Origin: an uncultured Candidatus Saccharibacteria bacterium
GTDB lineage: Bacteria > Patescibacteriota > Saccharimonadia > Saccharimonadales > Saccharimonadaceae
NCBI GenBank assembly: GCA_963552615.1
Contig: CAUVKG010000003.1
Location: forward strand, 15,163 to 79,162
Direction of reading: 5' to 3'
DNA: 64,000 bases
In this document: positions 1-9,414 of the stretch, one piece after another
Numbering within the stretch: position 1 is the first letter of the stretch
How the letters are laid out: the number at the start of each line of letters is the position of its first letter
Made by a program: the position numbers and the translations under genes
Notes under the pieces: generated by a model
Seen by the model: only the letters and a program-made list of their open reading frames with translations
Databases searched by the model: none
Told to the model about the DNA's origin: nothing

Positions 1-1
1 T

Positions 2-583
2 ATGCGTAGCCATGGTTCACGCCCTGATTTATTCCCAATAGCCAGTTACCCTAATGCTTCCACGCTGCCGGCCGTTCGACACTATCAGGTATCCGGTGAG
101 CTACGCCGACAGTACCCACTGTTAGACCGGATGCTAAAGATTGGCGAGCCGTATATCGGCTATCCATATGTCTGGAGCGGCTCAGACCCGGAGACATCAT
201 TTGACTGCTCGGGCTTTATTGATTTTATTATGTGTCGCCTGGGGTGCTGCTACCGCAATCAGATCAAGGGGCGAGCAGTGCGTCTGCCGGTAGCGGGCAG
301 GCAGATTGGCGGTACTTTTTACGACGGTATCTACGAGAAGTGCCGGCCTATTCCGCCTAGCGAAGCGCAGCCCGGCGATCTGGTCTTTTTCACCGGGACA
401 TTTGACGCATCCTATAGGCAGAATAACTTGAGCCACGTCGGTATCTATGTTGGCGACGATACCTTCCTGGCTTGCGGCATATCCGCCGGGGTCGGTTACC
501 AGAGATTCGATGATCAGGCCGGAGTCGGTCGTACTTGGCGGCAATTGCTAAGTTGCTACGGGCGATTGGTTCAAGAAGGTTAG
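2..583 (+). CDS. NlpC/P60-family peptidoglycan peptidase, C-terminal portion (probably 5'-truncated by the window edge)
   Basis: ORF track. Cys context FDCSGFIDFIM and His context LSHVGIYVGDD fit the NlpC/P60 Cys-His core. Confidence 0.7.
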   Translation: MRSHGSRPDLFPIASYPNASTLPAVRHYQVSGELRRQYPLLDRMLKIGEPYIGYPYVWSGSDPETSFDCSGFIDFIMCRLGCCYRNQIKGRAVRLPVAGRQIGGTFYDGIYEKCRPIPPSEAQPGDLVFFTGTFDASYRQNNLSHVGIYVGDDTFLACGISAGVGYQRFDDQAGVGRTWRQLLSCYGRLVQEG

Positions 584-622
584 TTAGTCTAGTGTATAGT
601 TATATCTCGTTAGAGCTTAGTT

Positions 623-631
623 TGCTATAAT
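623..631 (+). promoter_or_regulatory. extended -10 element TGcTATAAT, 12 nt upstream of ATG 644
   Basis: Read directly: tttgctataat at 621-631. Confidence 0.4.
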
Positions 632-643
632 GACGTTAGGTTT

Positions 644-2494
644 ATGAAGAATTATGAGAGCACCGGATCGTCGGCTGAGACGAACGATCAAGATAGGGAG
701 AATACCGAGGAGGTGGTGGATACTGAGAGCTACGCTCACGTTTATCCATACAACAATATCCCAACCGAGGCTCGGGCGACGCTGGAACGGTGTTTTTCGA
801 TCAGTGATGTTGATCATTACGATCAAGCGAACGTCGGCGAGATGGAACAACGAGTCAAGCTGTCTGATATCAATCAGCAGCAACGGATGATTCGTAACTA
901 CTGTGGCGACGAACTCGCATCGTCGGCGTACGTGGCAGCGGCATTGGGCACGGTGGAGGATATCAACGACGGTCTGGCCGAGAACCGGAATATCGGCGTG
1001 GTATCGGGCGGAGTGCCTCTGAGCCATTTCTTCGCCGATGGTAAGGCGCCTGACGAGGTGTATGATCCCGAGAATATCTATATCGCCGGACTATTGCAGG
1101 ATCGACGTCGGCTTGACCTATACTACAAGAGCATTATGACCGAGGGGCAGAGCCGCCATGATTGTTATTACCGACCAAAGCAGGAAGAATGGCTGTCCGA
1201 CCCTCAGCTGGTAACGCCTGACGTGCTCTACGGCATGGTGAATGATATCAACGTCGAGTCGATGCTCATCTCCGGCGTTGAGATGCTGCGCTGGCTACAG
1301 AGTCACCAGGATGATAACCGCAAGACCTTTGACCGGGTGCTCTACTCGGAGAAATTTATCGCTCCGGTCGCCGAGGTGATCGGCTATGATACATTAGCCA
1401 TGTCGCTCAATGGTCTATCGAAAAAGGTGCGTCTCAACTATGGTGGTCGAGGTGACCTGATCATGCGAGCTGACGCCATCCTGGAGCGCTTTCAAGACTT
1501 TGACGGCAATCATAGCGTTGCGCACAATGCTCAGACTGCCTTTTGCGATATCACCAAACAGCTTTTTGGTGATGATAATATCGACCCGAAGCCAAACTTA
1601 CCGGTCAGTTACAATGATGGCAATGACTCGGTCTACGGTGATACTGCGCCGACGATGGTGCGGGCTGACGGACAGCCGATCGATGTGTCCTGGCGGTTTC
1701 GCTTAAAGACGAGTGGATCGCTGGCGTGGAAGATGTATCAGCGAGAGTGTGAGGGCGGGTCTAACGAACATATACCGATGGATATCCTGGGTATCACCGC
1801 CGTGGTCAAGGACGAGGCGGACCAGCAGGCGCTGTTTAACGCCATGGTCAAGGGGCTGTGCCGAGACGACAATCAGCTGGTACCGTATCCATCGCCCTCT
1901 CGTACCTCGGCTATTCATCTGCGGGGTACGGACGACTTCATCAACCGGATGGCGAGAGGAATAGACATTGACCCGTCACAGCTTGACTTACACCAGGTGG
2001 GATCGCCCGAGGCGTTGCACCTAGGTAAGATTACCGGCTTTTATCATGGTCTTCCTTTCGAGTTGCAGTGTGTTACCAGGGAGTATCGTGACTCGATGCA
2101 GACGGGTCAGTTGGCTCATATCATCTATAAAAATAATGGCAATGGCTTGATCAAGAGTGAAGATCGGTTGCAGTGGGCGAAGCTGCTGGCGGATATTCGA
2201 CGACGACGTCTGCGGATCGGTAAGCCTATGCTGATTGGTTCGTTTCCGGAGGATCAGAATGGCGATGGCATCACTGACCGACCTTACATCGGTAGAAGTG
2301 AACGAGATGCTATCCGCTTTATCAGTGACTTAATGCAGTCAAGGAGTATCGTCACCCGAACTATCGGGACGATAGCTCTACCGCCTGTCGTGGGAGATAT
2401 CGTCTGGCTGGATGATCGTGTCAAGCATATGTACGGTGCAGAGGAGGCGCGTCGACGACGCCGAGGTGACACTTCGGGGAGAGGTAATAGCTAG
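644..2494 (+). CDS. 616-aa protein with a divergent RelA/SpoT-like (RSH synthetase-type) nucleotidyltransferase domain in its C-terminal half; N-terminal ~340 aa unknown
   Basis: Ordered blocks RLKTSGSLAWKM, MDILGITAVV, SAIHLRG and LPFELQCVTREYRDSMQTGQLAHIIYK match the RxKxxxSxxxK / DxxGxR / YxSxH / ExQxRT..H..YK pattern of RelA_SpoT domains, with substitutions. Confidence 0.55.
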   Translation: MKNYESTGSSAETNDQDRENTEEVVDTESYAHVYPYNNIPTEARATLERCFSISDVDHYDQANVGEMEQRVKLSDINQQQRMIRNYCGDELASSAYVAAALGTVEDINDGLAENRNIGVVSGGVPLSHFFADGKAPDEVYDPENIYIAGLLQDRRRLDLYYKSIMTEGQSRHDCYYRPKQEEWLSDPQLVTPDVLYGMVNDINVESMLISGVEMLRWLQSHQDDNRKTFDRVLYSEKFIAPVAEVIGYDTLAMSLNGLSKKVRLNYGGRGDLIMRADAILERFQDFDGNHSVAHNAQTAFCDITKQLFGDDNIDPKPNLPVSYNDGNDSVYGDTAPTMVRADGQPIDVSWRFRLKTSGSLAWKMYQRECEGGSNEHIPMDILGITAVVKDEADQQALFNAMVKGLCRDDNQLVPYPSPSRTSAIHLRGTDDFINRMARGIDIDPSQLDLHQVGSPEALHLGKITGFYHGLPFELQCVTREYRDSMQTGQLAHIIYKNNGNGLIKSEDRLQWAKLLADIRRRRLRIGKPMLIGSFPEDQNGDGITDRPYIGRSERDAIRFISDLMQSRSIVTRTIGTIALPPVVGDIVWLDDRVKHMYGAEEARRRRRGDTSGRGNS

Positions 2495-2500
2495 CTGAGC

Positions 2501-3157
2501 GTGGGTACTCTGCTCTTAGTCGAGGACGAACCGGCGGTTCGTCATGGCACGGAGCTGTTTCTGCGCCAGCGTGGCTTCACGGTATTAGTTGCCGCTAGTG
2601 GCGAGGAGGCACTGGCCAAGTATAGCCGGGCGGATGTGGTGATCTTAGATATCATGTTGCCGGGTCTTAGCGGCATAGAAGTGCTCAGTCGTATCCGTCA
2701 GCAGAGCGATGTGCCGGTATTGATGCTGACGGCTCTGCAGGACGAGCCGACTCAGATCGCCAGCTTCGACGAACTGGCAGATGATTATATCAGCAAGCCC
2801 TTCTCGCTGGTGATCCTGGAGAAGCACATTCGAGCTTTACTGCGACGTCGGAGGTCGGCTACCAAGGATCAATGGCGGCGAGGCTTAGCCACGGTAGATT
2901 TCGAGGCGTATCAGGGCTTTTATGACGGCAGCGACGCTCATCTCAAGCCTAAAGAAGTCCGGCTCTTAAAGCTTCTGGTGGACAATCCCGGTGTCGTCTG
3001 GTCTCGTCAGGCGATAATCGAAAAGCTATGGCATGATGCAGCCGATGTGCCTTTTGATCGGGTGATAGATGTCTATATCAAGAATCTGCGCCAAAAGCTG
3101 CGGCTCGACTGTATCGTTACCGTTAAAGGGGTCGGTTATCGCTATGAAGCGTCTTAA
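2501..3157 (+). CDS. OmpR-family response regulator (GTG start)
   Basis: Receiver motifs LLVEDEP, DIMLPGLSG, LTA, DDYISKPF. Winged-helix end VDVYIKNLRQKL...TVKGVGYRY. Confidence 0.9.
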   Translation: MGTLLLVEDEPAVRHGTELFLRQRGFTVLVAASGEEALAKYSRADVVILDIMLPGLSGIEVLSRIRQQSDVPVLMLTALQDEPTQIASFDELADDYISKPFSLVILEKHIRALLRRRRSATKDQWRRGLATVDFEAYQGFYDGSDAHLKPKEVRLLKLLVDNPGVVWSRQAIIEKLWHDAADVPFDRVIDVYIKNLRQKLRLDCIVTVKGVGYRYEAS

Positions 3158-4529
3158 GCTCTTCCCGAAGACCTTCTTAGTCTCGATGGGGCTCTTTTTA
3201 GCGTTGATCGTACTGATGCATCTGCTGATCTACATCCTGATGCCCCGACTTTACCTCGACCAAAAGCAGCAAGAAGCTTCAGAGAGCTTAGCTTCGCTGG
3301 AGGCGCAGTTAAAGGGTCGGTCACTTAACCAAATGCGTCAAATCTGTCAGAGGTTCTCTATCGCTAAGAATGTCAATATCACTCTGACGGCGAACGGACG
3401 AGACGACTATTTCCAAGGATTTCAGACGATCAATATTGTGACGGATAGGGGTAAGTCGGCTGACGTTGATGTGGTCAAGATCGCCGATGGGCAATCAGTT
3501 GATCCACGCTCGGTGATCTTAAAGCAGAGCAGCTTAAAGGATGCCGATGGACGAAAGCTTAGCGTCAGACTGCTGGTAAATGTTGAACCGGTCAAGCAAG
3601 CCAAGCTGGCGACACTTCATGCCTTGCCCTATACGGTGTCTGCTTCGCTGCTGGTGGCACTACTCTTTTCCTATTGCTATAGCCGATTCGTAACCAAGCC
3701 GATTCGCCGGATGGCTAAGGTCACCACTCTGATGCAGCACCTGGAGAAAGGAGTGCAATATTCTGTCGAAAGTAGCGATGAGATTGGCGTACTGGGACGT
3801 AACATTAACGAACTTTATCAGAGCCTATGGCAAACGATCCGCTCGCTGGAGCAGGAAAATAGGCGAATTAGCAAGCTGGAGAAAGAAAGGCTGGTGCTGC
3901 TAAGGGCTACATCGCACGAGCTTAAGACGCCGCTAGCCAGCCTGCGAATTATGCTGGAGAATATGCAGCTGAATATCGGCGAGTATCAAGACCGTGACCG
4001 CTACCTGGCGGAATCGCTAGCGCAGGTTGATCGCCTGACTAAAATGGTCAATGACATCTTAAGGGCAGGTAGTCTAGCTGAGAATGCCTTGCGGGGCGAG
4101 AAGAAGCTGCGGATCGATCAGATCGTTGCTGAAGTGATCGATGATTATCGCTTGTTGGCCAAAGCTCGTCGGGTTACCTGCCGGCTCGATCTAGCGCCAA
4201 CCTTTACGAAAGCTAACTATGACATGATGCACCACGTCATCTCTAACCTGATCTCAAATGCCGTACGCTATAGCGAGGTGGGCAGCGTGATCAAGGTTAC
4301 CTGCCGTCAACATAGATTGGTGGTAATCAATAAATGTCAGCCACTTACTCAGGCGCAGTTACAGCGAGTGTTTGACCCCTTTTATCACACAGATCGCCAA
4401 GTGTCGTCGGAGTCAGACGGAAGCGGGGTGGGGCTATATATCGTCAAAATGCTGTTGGAGGCTAAGAGGCTGGAATACAGCTTCTCTCCGGTCAAGCAGG
4501 GCATGGCTTTTACTATCTATTTTCCATAA
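3144..4529 (+). CDS. Membrane sensor histidine kinase (HAMP-HisKA-HATPase)
   Basis: ATG 3144 (MKRLKLFPKTF, TM helix) overlaps the regulator stop by 14 nt. H-box SHELKTPL, G-box DGSGVGLYIV. Confidence 0.9.
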   Translation: MKRLKLFPKTFLVSMGLFLALIVLMHLLIYILMPRLYLDQKQQEASESLASLEAQLKGRSLNQMRQICQRFSIAKNVNITLTANGRDDYFQGFQTINIVTDRGKSADVDVVKIADGQSVDPRSVILKQSSLKDADGRKLSVRLLVNVEPVKQAKLATLHALPYTVSASLLVALLFSYCYSRFVTKPIRRMAKVTTLMQHLEKGVQYSVESSDEIGVLGRNINELYQSLWQTIRSLEQENRRISKLEKERLVLLRATSHELKTPLASLRIMLENMQLNIGEYQDRDRYLAESLAQVDRLTKMVNDILRAGSLAENALRGEKKLRIDQIVAEVIDDYRLLAKARRVTCRLDLAPTFTKANYDMMHHVISNLISNAVRYSEVGSVIKVTCRQHRLVVINKCQPLTQAQLQRVFDPFYHTDRQVSSESDGSGVGLYIVKMLLEAKRLEYSFSPVKQGMAFTIYFP

Positions 4530-4631
4530 TTGCGCCTATATCGCTTAATCATTCGCAACTGCTTATATCATTTCATACTCATTTCACATATGCCTGCTAG
4601 ATTAGCTCAGGATATATTTGAAAGGAGGAAA

Positions 4632-6014
4632 ATGTCATTCATTCGAAGAGCTTGGCTATATATCACCAGGAAAAAGCTCAAAACACTGATCTTACTGGCG
4701 ATCTTGCTCTGTATGGCGACGGTGATGCTAAGCGGCTTCGCCATTAAGCATTCGACGGACAGGGCGGCGCAGTCGCTGGATAAAACACTGAAAGTCGGTT
4801 TTAACCTGGGGAACAACCCTCGCACTAACCCCGGTACGGCTCGTGGCTCGGGTACCGTCTCAGGTAAAGCTATCGATGAGATCAGGAAACTGCCGGGGGT
4901 AACCGACTATGTCAAGCGTCAGAATGCTACAGTGGACTTCACTGATACCAAGCTAGTCCCCTTGCCTAATGGCGGTAGCGGCTATGATGCCGAGAAGGAC
5001 AAGCAGTTCGGTAATGCGGCGACCATTCTGGGGGTTAATAAATCAGAGCTGGAGAACAAGTTTCGGGCGGGGTCACTCAAACTGGTGGCGGGGCGTCACA
5101 TCACTGAGCAAGATAGCCACAAGATATTGGTACACCAGGCTTTTGCTAAGGCAAATAAGCTCAAGCCGGGTAGTAAGCTTAAACTCAAGGCCAACCAATA
5201 CGACACCGACAATGAGCACCCGTCAAAGGACGAAGTAGAGGTCGAGGTTGTCGGCATATTTAACGGGAAGAACCCCAAGGAAGCTGCCTATCAAGTGGAG
5301 CTCTTTGAGAATATCTTTTTGACCGACATTGCGACGACTCGTCAGCTCAATGCTTATACAGCACAGAGTGAGATTTACCAAGATGCTAACTTCTTCACCA
5401 AAGGTAGCAAGCAGCTTGATGAGGTGATGAACCAAGCCCGTCAATTGTCGGTTGACTGGAATAAATACCAGCTGAACAAGAATAGCCAAGAGTTAGCCGG
5501 TGTGACTGAGTCGGTAAATGGCGTCTATAATCTGGTGGATGGTATGCTCTGGGCTACTGCACTGGTCAGCATAGCCGTGATTGGTATGGTGCTATATCTG
5601 TGGATGAACGAGCGCAAGCGTGAGGCGGGGGTGCTGATGGCGACGGGCATATCGCAGTCTGAGGTCATCTTGCAATACATAGCCGAGCTGGTCATGATAG
5701 CCATACTCAGCTTCGGCGCATCCTACTTTACCTCCGGGCTAATCGCTCAGCAGCTAGGTAATCAGATGGTGTCGCAGGCTTCGCAGGCTGCTGCGAGCCA
5801 GGCGAGTGAGTCGCTCAACGGAGCTTCGCTGGGAGCTGATGCTGATTCGGTCACCTCGTCTCGCACCTTAGACAAAGTAACCGTCGGTACTACTCCGGCT
5901 GACCTGATAGCGGTGTGGGGAGTGGGGCTAGTGGTGATCGTCATCGCCGTGCTATTCGCTTCTCGCCCAATCACCGGGTCAACGCCAAAGAAGCTATTAA
6001 CCGACATAAGCTAG
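4632..6014 (+). CDS. MacB/FtsX-type ABC permease (TM1, large extracytoplasmic domain, 3 C-terminal TMs)
   Basis: AGGAGG 4623-4628 then ATG 4632. Topology is read from hydrophobic stretches. The upstream part of the track ORF was rejected. Confidence 0.8.
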   Translation: MSFIRRAWLYITRKKLKTLILLAILLCMATVMLSGFAIKHSTDRAAQSLDKTLKVGFNLGNNPRTNPGTARGSGTVSGKAIDEIRKLPGVTDYVKRQNATVDFTDTKLVPLPNGGSGYDAEKDKQFGNAATILGVNKSELENKFRAGSLKLVAGRHITEQDSHKILVHQAFAKANKLKPGSKLKLKANQYDTDNEHPSKDEVEVEVVGIFNGKNPKEAAYQVELFENIFLTDIATTRQLNAYTAQSEIYQDANFFTKGSKQLDEVMNQARQLSVDWNKYQLNKNSQELAGVTESVNGVYNLVDGMLWATALVSIAVIGMVLYLWMNERKREAGVLMATGISQSEVILQYIAELVMIAILSFGASYFTSGLIAQQLGNQMVSQASQAAASQASESLNGASLGADADSVTSSRTLDKVTVGTTPADLIAVWGVGLVVIVIAVLFASRPITGSTPKKLLTDIS

Positions 6015-6024
6015 GAGGAGTGTG

Positions 6025-7257
6025 ATGATCAAGCAAGCTTTAGTGGCCGTCCGACGCAAGCGTCAGCGCAGTCTCGTCATTGGTCTGATCATGACTCTGG
6101 TACTAACTCTGCTGGTTAGCACTTTGGCCGTACAGCATACCATGGAGCAGCTCAGGAAATCCGTCGAAGGTGGTATCAGGGCGGGCTTTAGCTTAACAAG
6201 CCGGCGAACATCAGATATCGTACCGGGTAGCCTAGCCCGTAAGGTCAGTCAGCTTAAGGGGGTCAAGGCGCATAACTACCAAGTGGAAGTGGTCGCAGCT
6301 CTACCGGATAAACGCTTGGTTGAGGCGACTAACCGAGGAGTTCAGCTGGATGACCGGCCGACCGAGGAAACTAAGCTGGTTGGAGTGGAGAGAAGTGACT
6401 ACTTGAGTGAATTCACCGGTAGACTCTACCGCTTGAGGCGAGGTAAGCACATCACGCCCGGTAGCCGGAACGTAGCGTTAGTCCACGAGGCATTCGCTAG
6501 GCAAAACAAGCTCAGGCTGGGCGATCAGATGGTGATTGCTAAAGGAGAGCGACGAGTGACGGTCACGATCGTCGGTATATTTGACGGTAGGGACGAAAAG
6601 CCGACTATTATACCGGCCGACATGGCGGAGAATCGGCTTATCACTAATCTTGAAACAGCGCAGCAACTCAACGGCAGCTCAGCTTTAACCAGAGCCACGT
6701 ATCTGGTTAAGCGTCCGGATCAACTCAAAGAAGTTACTGATCGGACCCGGAAGTTGTCCGGCGTAGATTGGGGTCGATATAACCTGACTGATAATGCTGC
6801 CTCCTTCGCCGGCGTGCTGGAAAACATCATGCGAGTTCAGCACATCCTAACTATCGCCACCATCGCTGTGGCGGTGGCTGGGCTGGTAGTGATGTCGCTA
6901 GTGCTGGTCTTCTGGGTGAGAGGGCGATTGCATGAGATCGGCATCTTGCTGGCGATTGGTACGCCGAGGCACCGAATCGTCGGGCAGTTCATCATCGAGT
7001 TAGTGGTAATAGCTGTCGTCAGCTCTGTCTGTGCCGCTCTGGCCGGCTCGGTTATCTCGGCACAACTATCGACAAGCCTAACTTCGTCGGTAGACCATAA
7101 TCAATTGGCAGGGAGCTCGGGCGAGGTAGTCGTAGCGCCGATCGCTTATCTTATGGCATTTGCTTTAGGCTATCTGGTTATGAGCCTGTCAACCGTCGTT
7201 GCTATGACACCGATAATGAGCCAACCGCCCAAACGTATTTTAAGTAAAATGAATTAA
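6025..7257 (+). CDS. Second, paralogous MacB/FtsX-type ABC permease
   Basis: AGGAGG 6013-6018 with 6-nt spacing to ATG 6025. Same TM1 / large loop / 3-TM layout as the preceding gene. Confidence 0.8.
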   Translation: MIKQALVAVRRKRQRSLVIGLIMTLVLTLLVSTLAVQHTMEQLRKSVEGGIRAGFSLTSRRTSDIVPGSLARKVSQLKGVKAHNYQVEVVAALPDKRLVEATNRGVQLDDRPTEETKLVGVERSDYLSEFTGRLYRLRRGKHITPGSRNVALVHEAFARQNKLRLGDQMVIAKGERRVTVTIVGIFDGRDEKPTIIPADMAENRLITNLETAQQLNGSSALTRATYLVKRPDQLKEVTDRTRKLSGVDWGRYNLTDNAASFAGVLENIMRVQHILTIATIAVAVAGLVVMSLVLVFWVRGRLHEIGILLAIGTPRHRIVGQFIIELVVIAVVSSVCAALAGSVISAQLSTSLTSSVDHNQLAGSSGEVVVAPIAYLMAFALGYLVMSLSTVVAMTPIMSQPPKRILSKMN

Positions 7258-7265
7258 GGAGGACT

Positions 7266-7910
7266 ATGTCTATATTAACGCTACAGAATATCGCCTATTC
7301 GTATGCTGATGGCACTAAGAACGTACTTAGCGGAGCTAACTATCAGTTTGAGCAAGGCAAGTTTTACGCCATCGTGGGTAATTCCGGCACCGGCAAGTCA
7401 ACGCTGCTGGGACTATTAGCCGGGCTAGATAAGCCGACCAGTGGGCAAATCCTGTTTAAGAATAAGGATATCGTTCAGCAGGGTTATTCTTATCACCGCA
7501 AGCATCACATCTCACTCGTCTTTCAGAATTACAATCTGATCGACTATCTCACGCCACTGGAGAACCTTAAACTGGTTAACCCCCGAGCCACCACCAAGAC
7601 TTTACGCACGATGGGGCTGGATGACGAGCATATCAACCGCAATGTCATGAAGCTCTCCGGCGGGCAGCAACAGCGAGTAGCTATCGGCAGAGCACTGGTA
7701 TCACCGGCGCCGATTATCTTGGCGGATGAGCCTACCGGCAATCTGGATGAAGCGACGGCCAGTGATATCATCGACATACTCCACCAGGTGACCAAGCGGG
7801 ATGACAAGTGCATCATCGTAGTCACTCACAGCAAACGTCTAGCGAAGACGGCAGATATAGTGCTCAGATTAAAGGCGGGCAAGCTGGTCGAGCAGGGAAA
7901 CGCCGACTGA
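7266..7910 (+). CDS. ABC transporter ATP-binding protein (MacB/LolD-like)
   Basis: Walker [10 protein letters not shown], signature LSGGQQQRV, Walker [10 protein letters not shown]-loop VTHS. AGGAGG RBS. Confidence 0.92.
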   Translation: MSILTLQNIAYSYADGTKNVLSGANYQFEQGKFYAIVGNSGTGKSTLLGLLAGLDKPTSGQILFKNKDIVQQGYSYHRKHHISLVFQNYNLIDYLTPLENLKLVNPRATTKTLRTMGLDDEHINRNVMKLSGGQQQRVAIGRALVSPAPIILADEPTGNLDEATASDIIDILHQVTKRDDKCIIVVTHSKRLAKTADIVLRLKAGKLVEQGNAD

Positions 7911-7922
7911 GCGATGTGGTGC

Positions 7923-7950
7923 TTGAACTTATCGCCATATCTGCTACTAT
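7923..7950 (+). promoter_or_regulatory. Candidate sigma70-type promoter for rplJL (TTGAAC, 16 nt, TACTAT)
   Basis: Read directly: TTGAAC 7923-7928, TACTAT 7945-7950. Confidence 0.3.
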
Positions 7951-8096
7951 ACTTGTAACGTTATCAGAGACAGTGGCGGTCGCTATAAGAGTAATAGCAC
8001 TTAATCAAGCTACCGAGATAAACCCTTTTCTAGATAACGATACCTTAACAATTAGGTTCGCATTTATCTAAAACTATCTAAAACCAAAGGAGACTT
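7951..8096 (+). promoter_or_regulatory. ~145-nt untranslated leader of rplJ; candidate L10-leader autoregulatory region
   Basis: Long non-coding gap before rplJ. L10(L12)4-binding leaders are common at this position. I did not fold the structure. Confidence 0.25.
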
Positions 8097-8621
8097 ATGG
8101 CTATATCACGTAGCAAGAAAGAAGCTTTGGTTGCCGAATTAGTCCAGGATCTGGCTGATGCACAGATGGTTGTCTACGCCGAATACAGCGGTATTAGCGT
8201 GGCTGACCTGCAGCAATTGCGTCGTCAAGCGAGAGAAAATGGTGTCACCATCAAGGTGGTCAAGAATCGCCTGATGCGAGTCGCCATGGATCAGCATGAT
8301 TCGCTGAAACAGACTGACACCAGCGCTATGAAAGGGCAGGTGCTCTACGCCTTTTCTAATGACGACGAGGTACTGCCGGCTAAGGTGCTGGCTCAGTTTG
8401 CTGATAAAACTCCCGAGCTTAAGCTGGTTGGAGCTTTTAACAGCCTGGGGCAGAGCCTGAGTACGGCTGAGGTGACTGATCTAGCTAAGCTACCGACCAA
8501 GAACGAGCTGATTGCTCAGACGGTGGCTCAGCTGCTATCGCCGGTCAACGATACTGTCAATGCGCTGTCCGGCAATCTATCGGCATTGCTGGATGGCATT
8601 GCTGACCACGCCTCGGCGTAA
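8097..8621 (+). CDS. rplJ: 50S ribosomal protein L10
   Basis: Typical L10 N-terminus (SRSKKEALVAEL...VYAEYSGISVADLQQLRRQAR) and position directly upstream of L7/L12. Confidence 0.9.
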   Translation: MAISRSKKEALVAELVQDLADAQMVVYAEYSGISVADLQQLRRQARENGVTIKVVKNRLMRVAMDQHDSLKQTDTSAMKGQVLYAFSNDDEVLPAKVLAQFADKTPELKLVGAFNSLGQSLSTAEVTDLAKLPTKNELIAQTVAQLLSPVNDTVNALSGNLSALLDGIADHASA

Positions 8622-8656
8622 TTCGGTAATCATAATAAATATCTAAGGAGATAACT

Positions 8657-9031
8657 ATGGCTGATGTAAAGAAATTAGCAGAAGAGCTAACCAAGTTGAC
8701 CGTACTTGAGGTCAACGAGCTAAAGAACGTACTAAAAGACGAATACGGTATCGAGCCGGCTGCGGCAGCTGTTGCTGTAGCAGCCGGTCCGGCTGCCAGT
8801 GCTGACGCCGGTGAGGAGAAGACGGAGTTTGACGTAGTCCTCAAGGAAGTCGGTGGACAAAAGGTCGCCGTTATCAAGGCGGTTAAGGAGATCACCGGTC
8901 TGAGCCTAGGCGAGGCGAAAGCCATTGTCGAGGATGCCCCCAAGGCAGTCAAGGAGAAAGTTAGTAAAGACGAGGCTGAGACGGCTAAGAAAGCCCTGGA
9001 AGACGCTGGTGCTACCGTTGAGCTAGCTTAG
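8657..9031 (+). CDS. rplL: 50S ribosomal protein L7/L12
   Basis: Ala-rich hinge [14 protein letters not shown]-terminal domain [35 protein letters not shown]...[12 protein letters not shown]. Confidence 0.95.
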   Translation: MADVKKLAEELTKLTVLEVNELKNVLKDEYGIEPAAAAVAVAAGPAASADAGEEKTEFDVVLKEVGGQKVAVIKAVKEITGLSLGEAKAIVEDAPKAVKEKVSKDEAETAKKALEDAGATVELA

Positions 9032-9061
9032 TGAAAATAACCGAACCTAATTGTTATGCTT

Positions 9062-9092
9062 AAAGCCAGCCCTCTAGCGGGGCTGGCTTTTT
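9062..9092 (+). terminator. Rho-independent terminator of rplJL
   Basis: Stem GCCAGCCC (9065-9072) / GGGCTGGC (9080-9087), 7-nt loop, then TTTTT. Confidence 0.85.
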
Positions 9093-9207
9093 GTAATATC
9101 TGCAATGCGGGGGGGGCATAATAGAAGCCCTGCCGCTTCCCCTAGTGGGATCAGTTTTAATAATATTTGCAACGGCTAGACAAGCGGCTGGAATAGCCGC
9201 TTGATAC

Positions 9208-9414
9208 TTGCAACACTTCAGTATTTATTCATCAATATCACAACGTATCACACTTAACCTCTGGCGTGGTTGTGGAAAGTCTATTAACAAACATTGTGGT
9301 GGCGGTAACGGTGGCAAAAACTGCGGTAGTGGCGGTAGTGGCTGTGCCGGCGGAAGCTGCGGAAGCGGTTGTGGCGGAAACAATTGTGGAAGCGGCTGCG
9401 GCAAGGGTAGGTAA
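9208..9414 (+). other. Gly/Cys-codon-rich degenerate repeat; possible small Cys/Gly-rich peptide, coding status unresolved
   Basis: Seven TGY-GGN-rich units encode CGGGNGGKNCGSGGSGCAGGSCGSGCGGNNCGSGCGKGR. The only start is TTG and there is no SD. Other frames and the opposite strand are also open. Confidence 0.25.

Noticed and set aside
8557-8952. 131-aa minus-strand ORF across the rplJ end and rplL
   Set aside because: It lies antisense to two unmistakable ribosomal protein genes. Its Ala/Ser/Thr-rich composition is typical of a shadow ORF.
9290-9414. Possible CRISPR or other regular repeat array
   Set aside because: The units are 12-21 nt, irregular and contiguous without spacers. No cas genes are present. 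It is not a CRISPR array.
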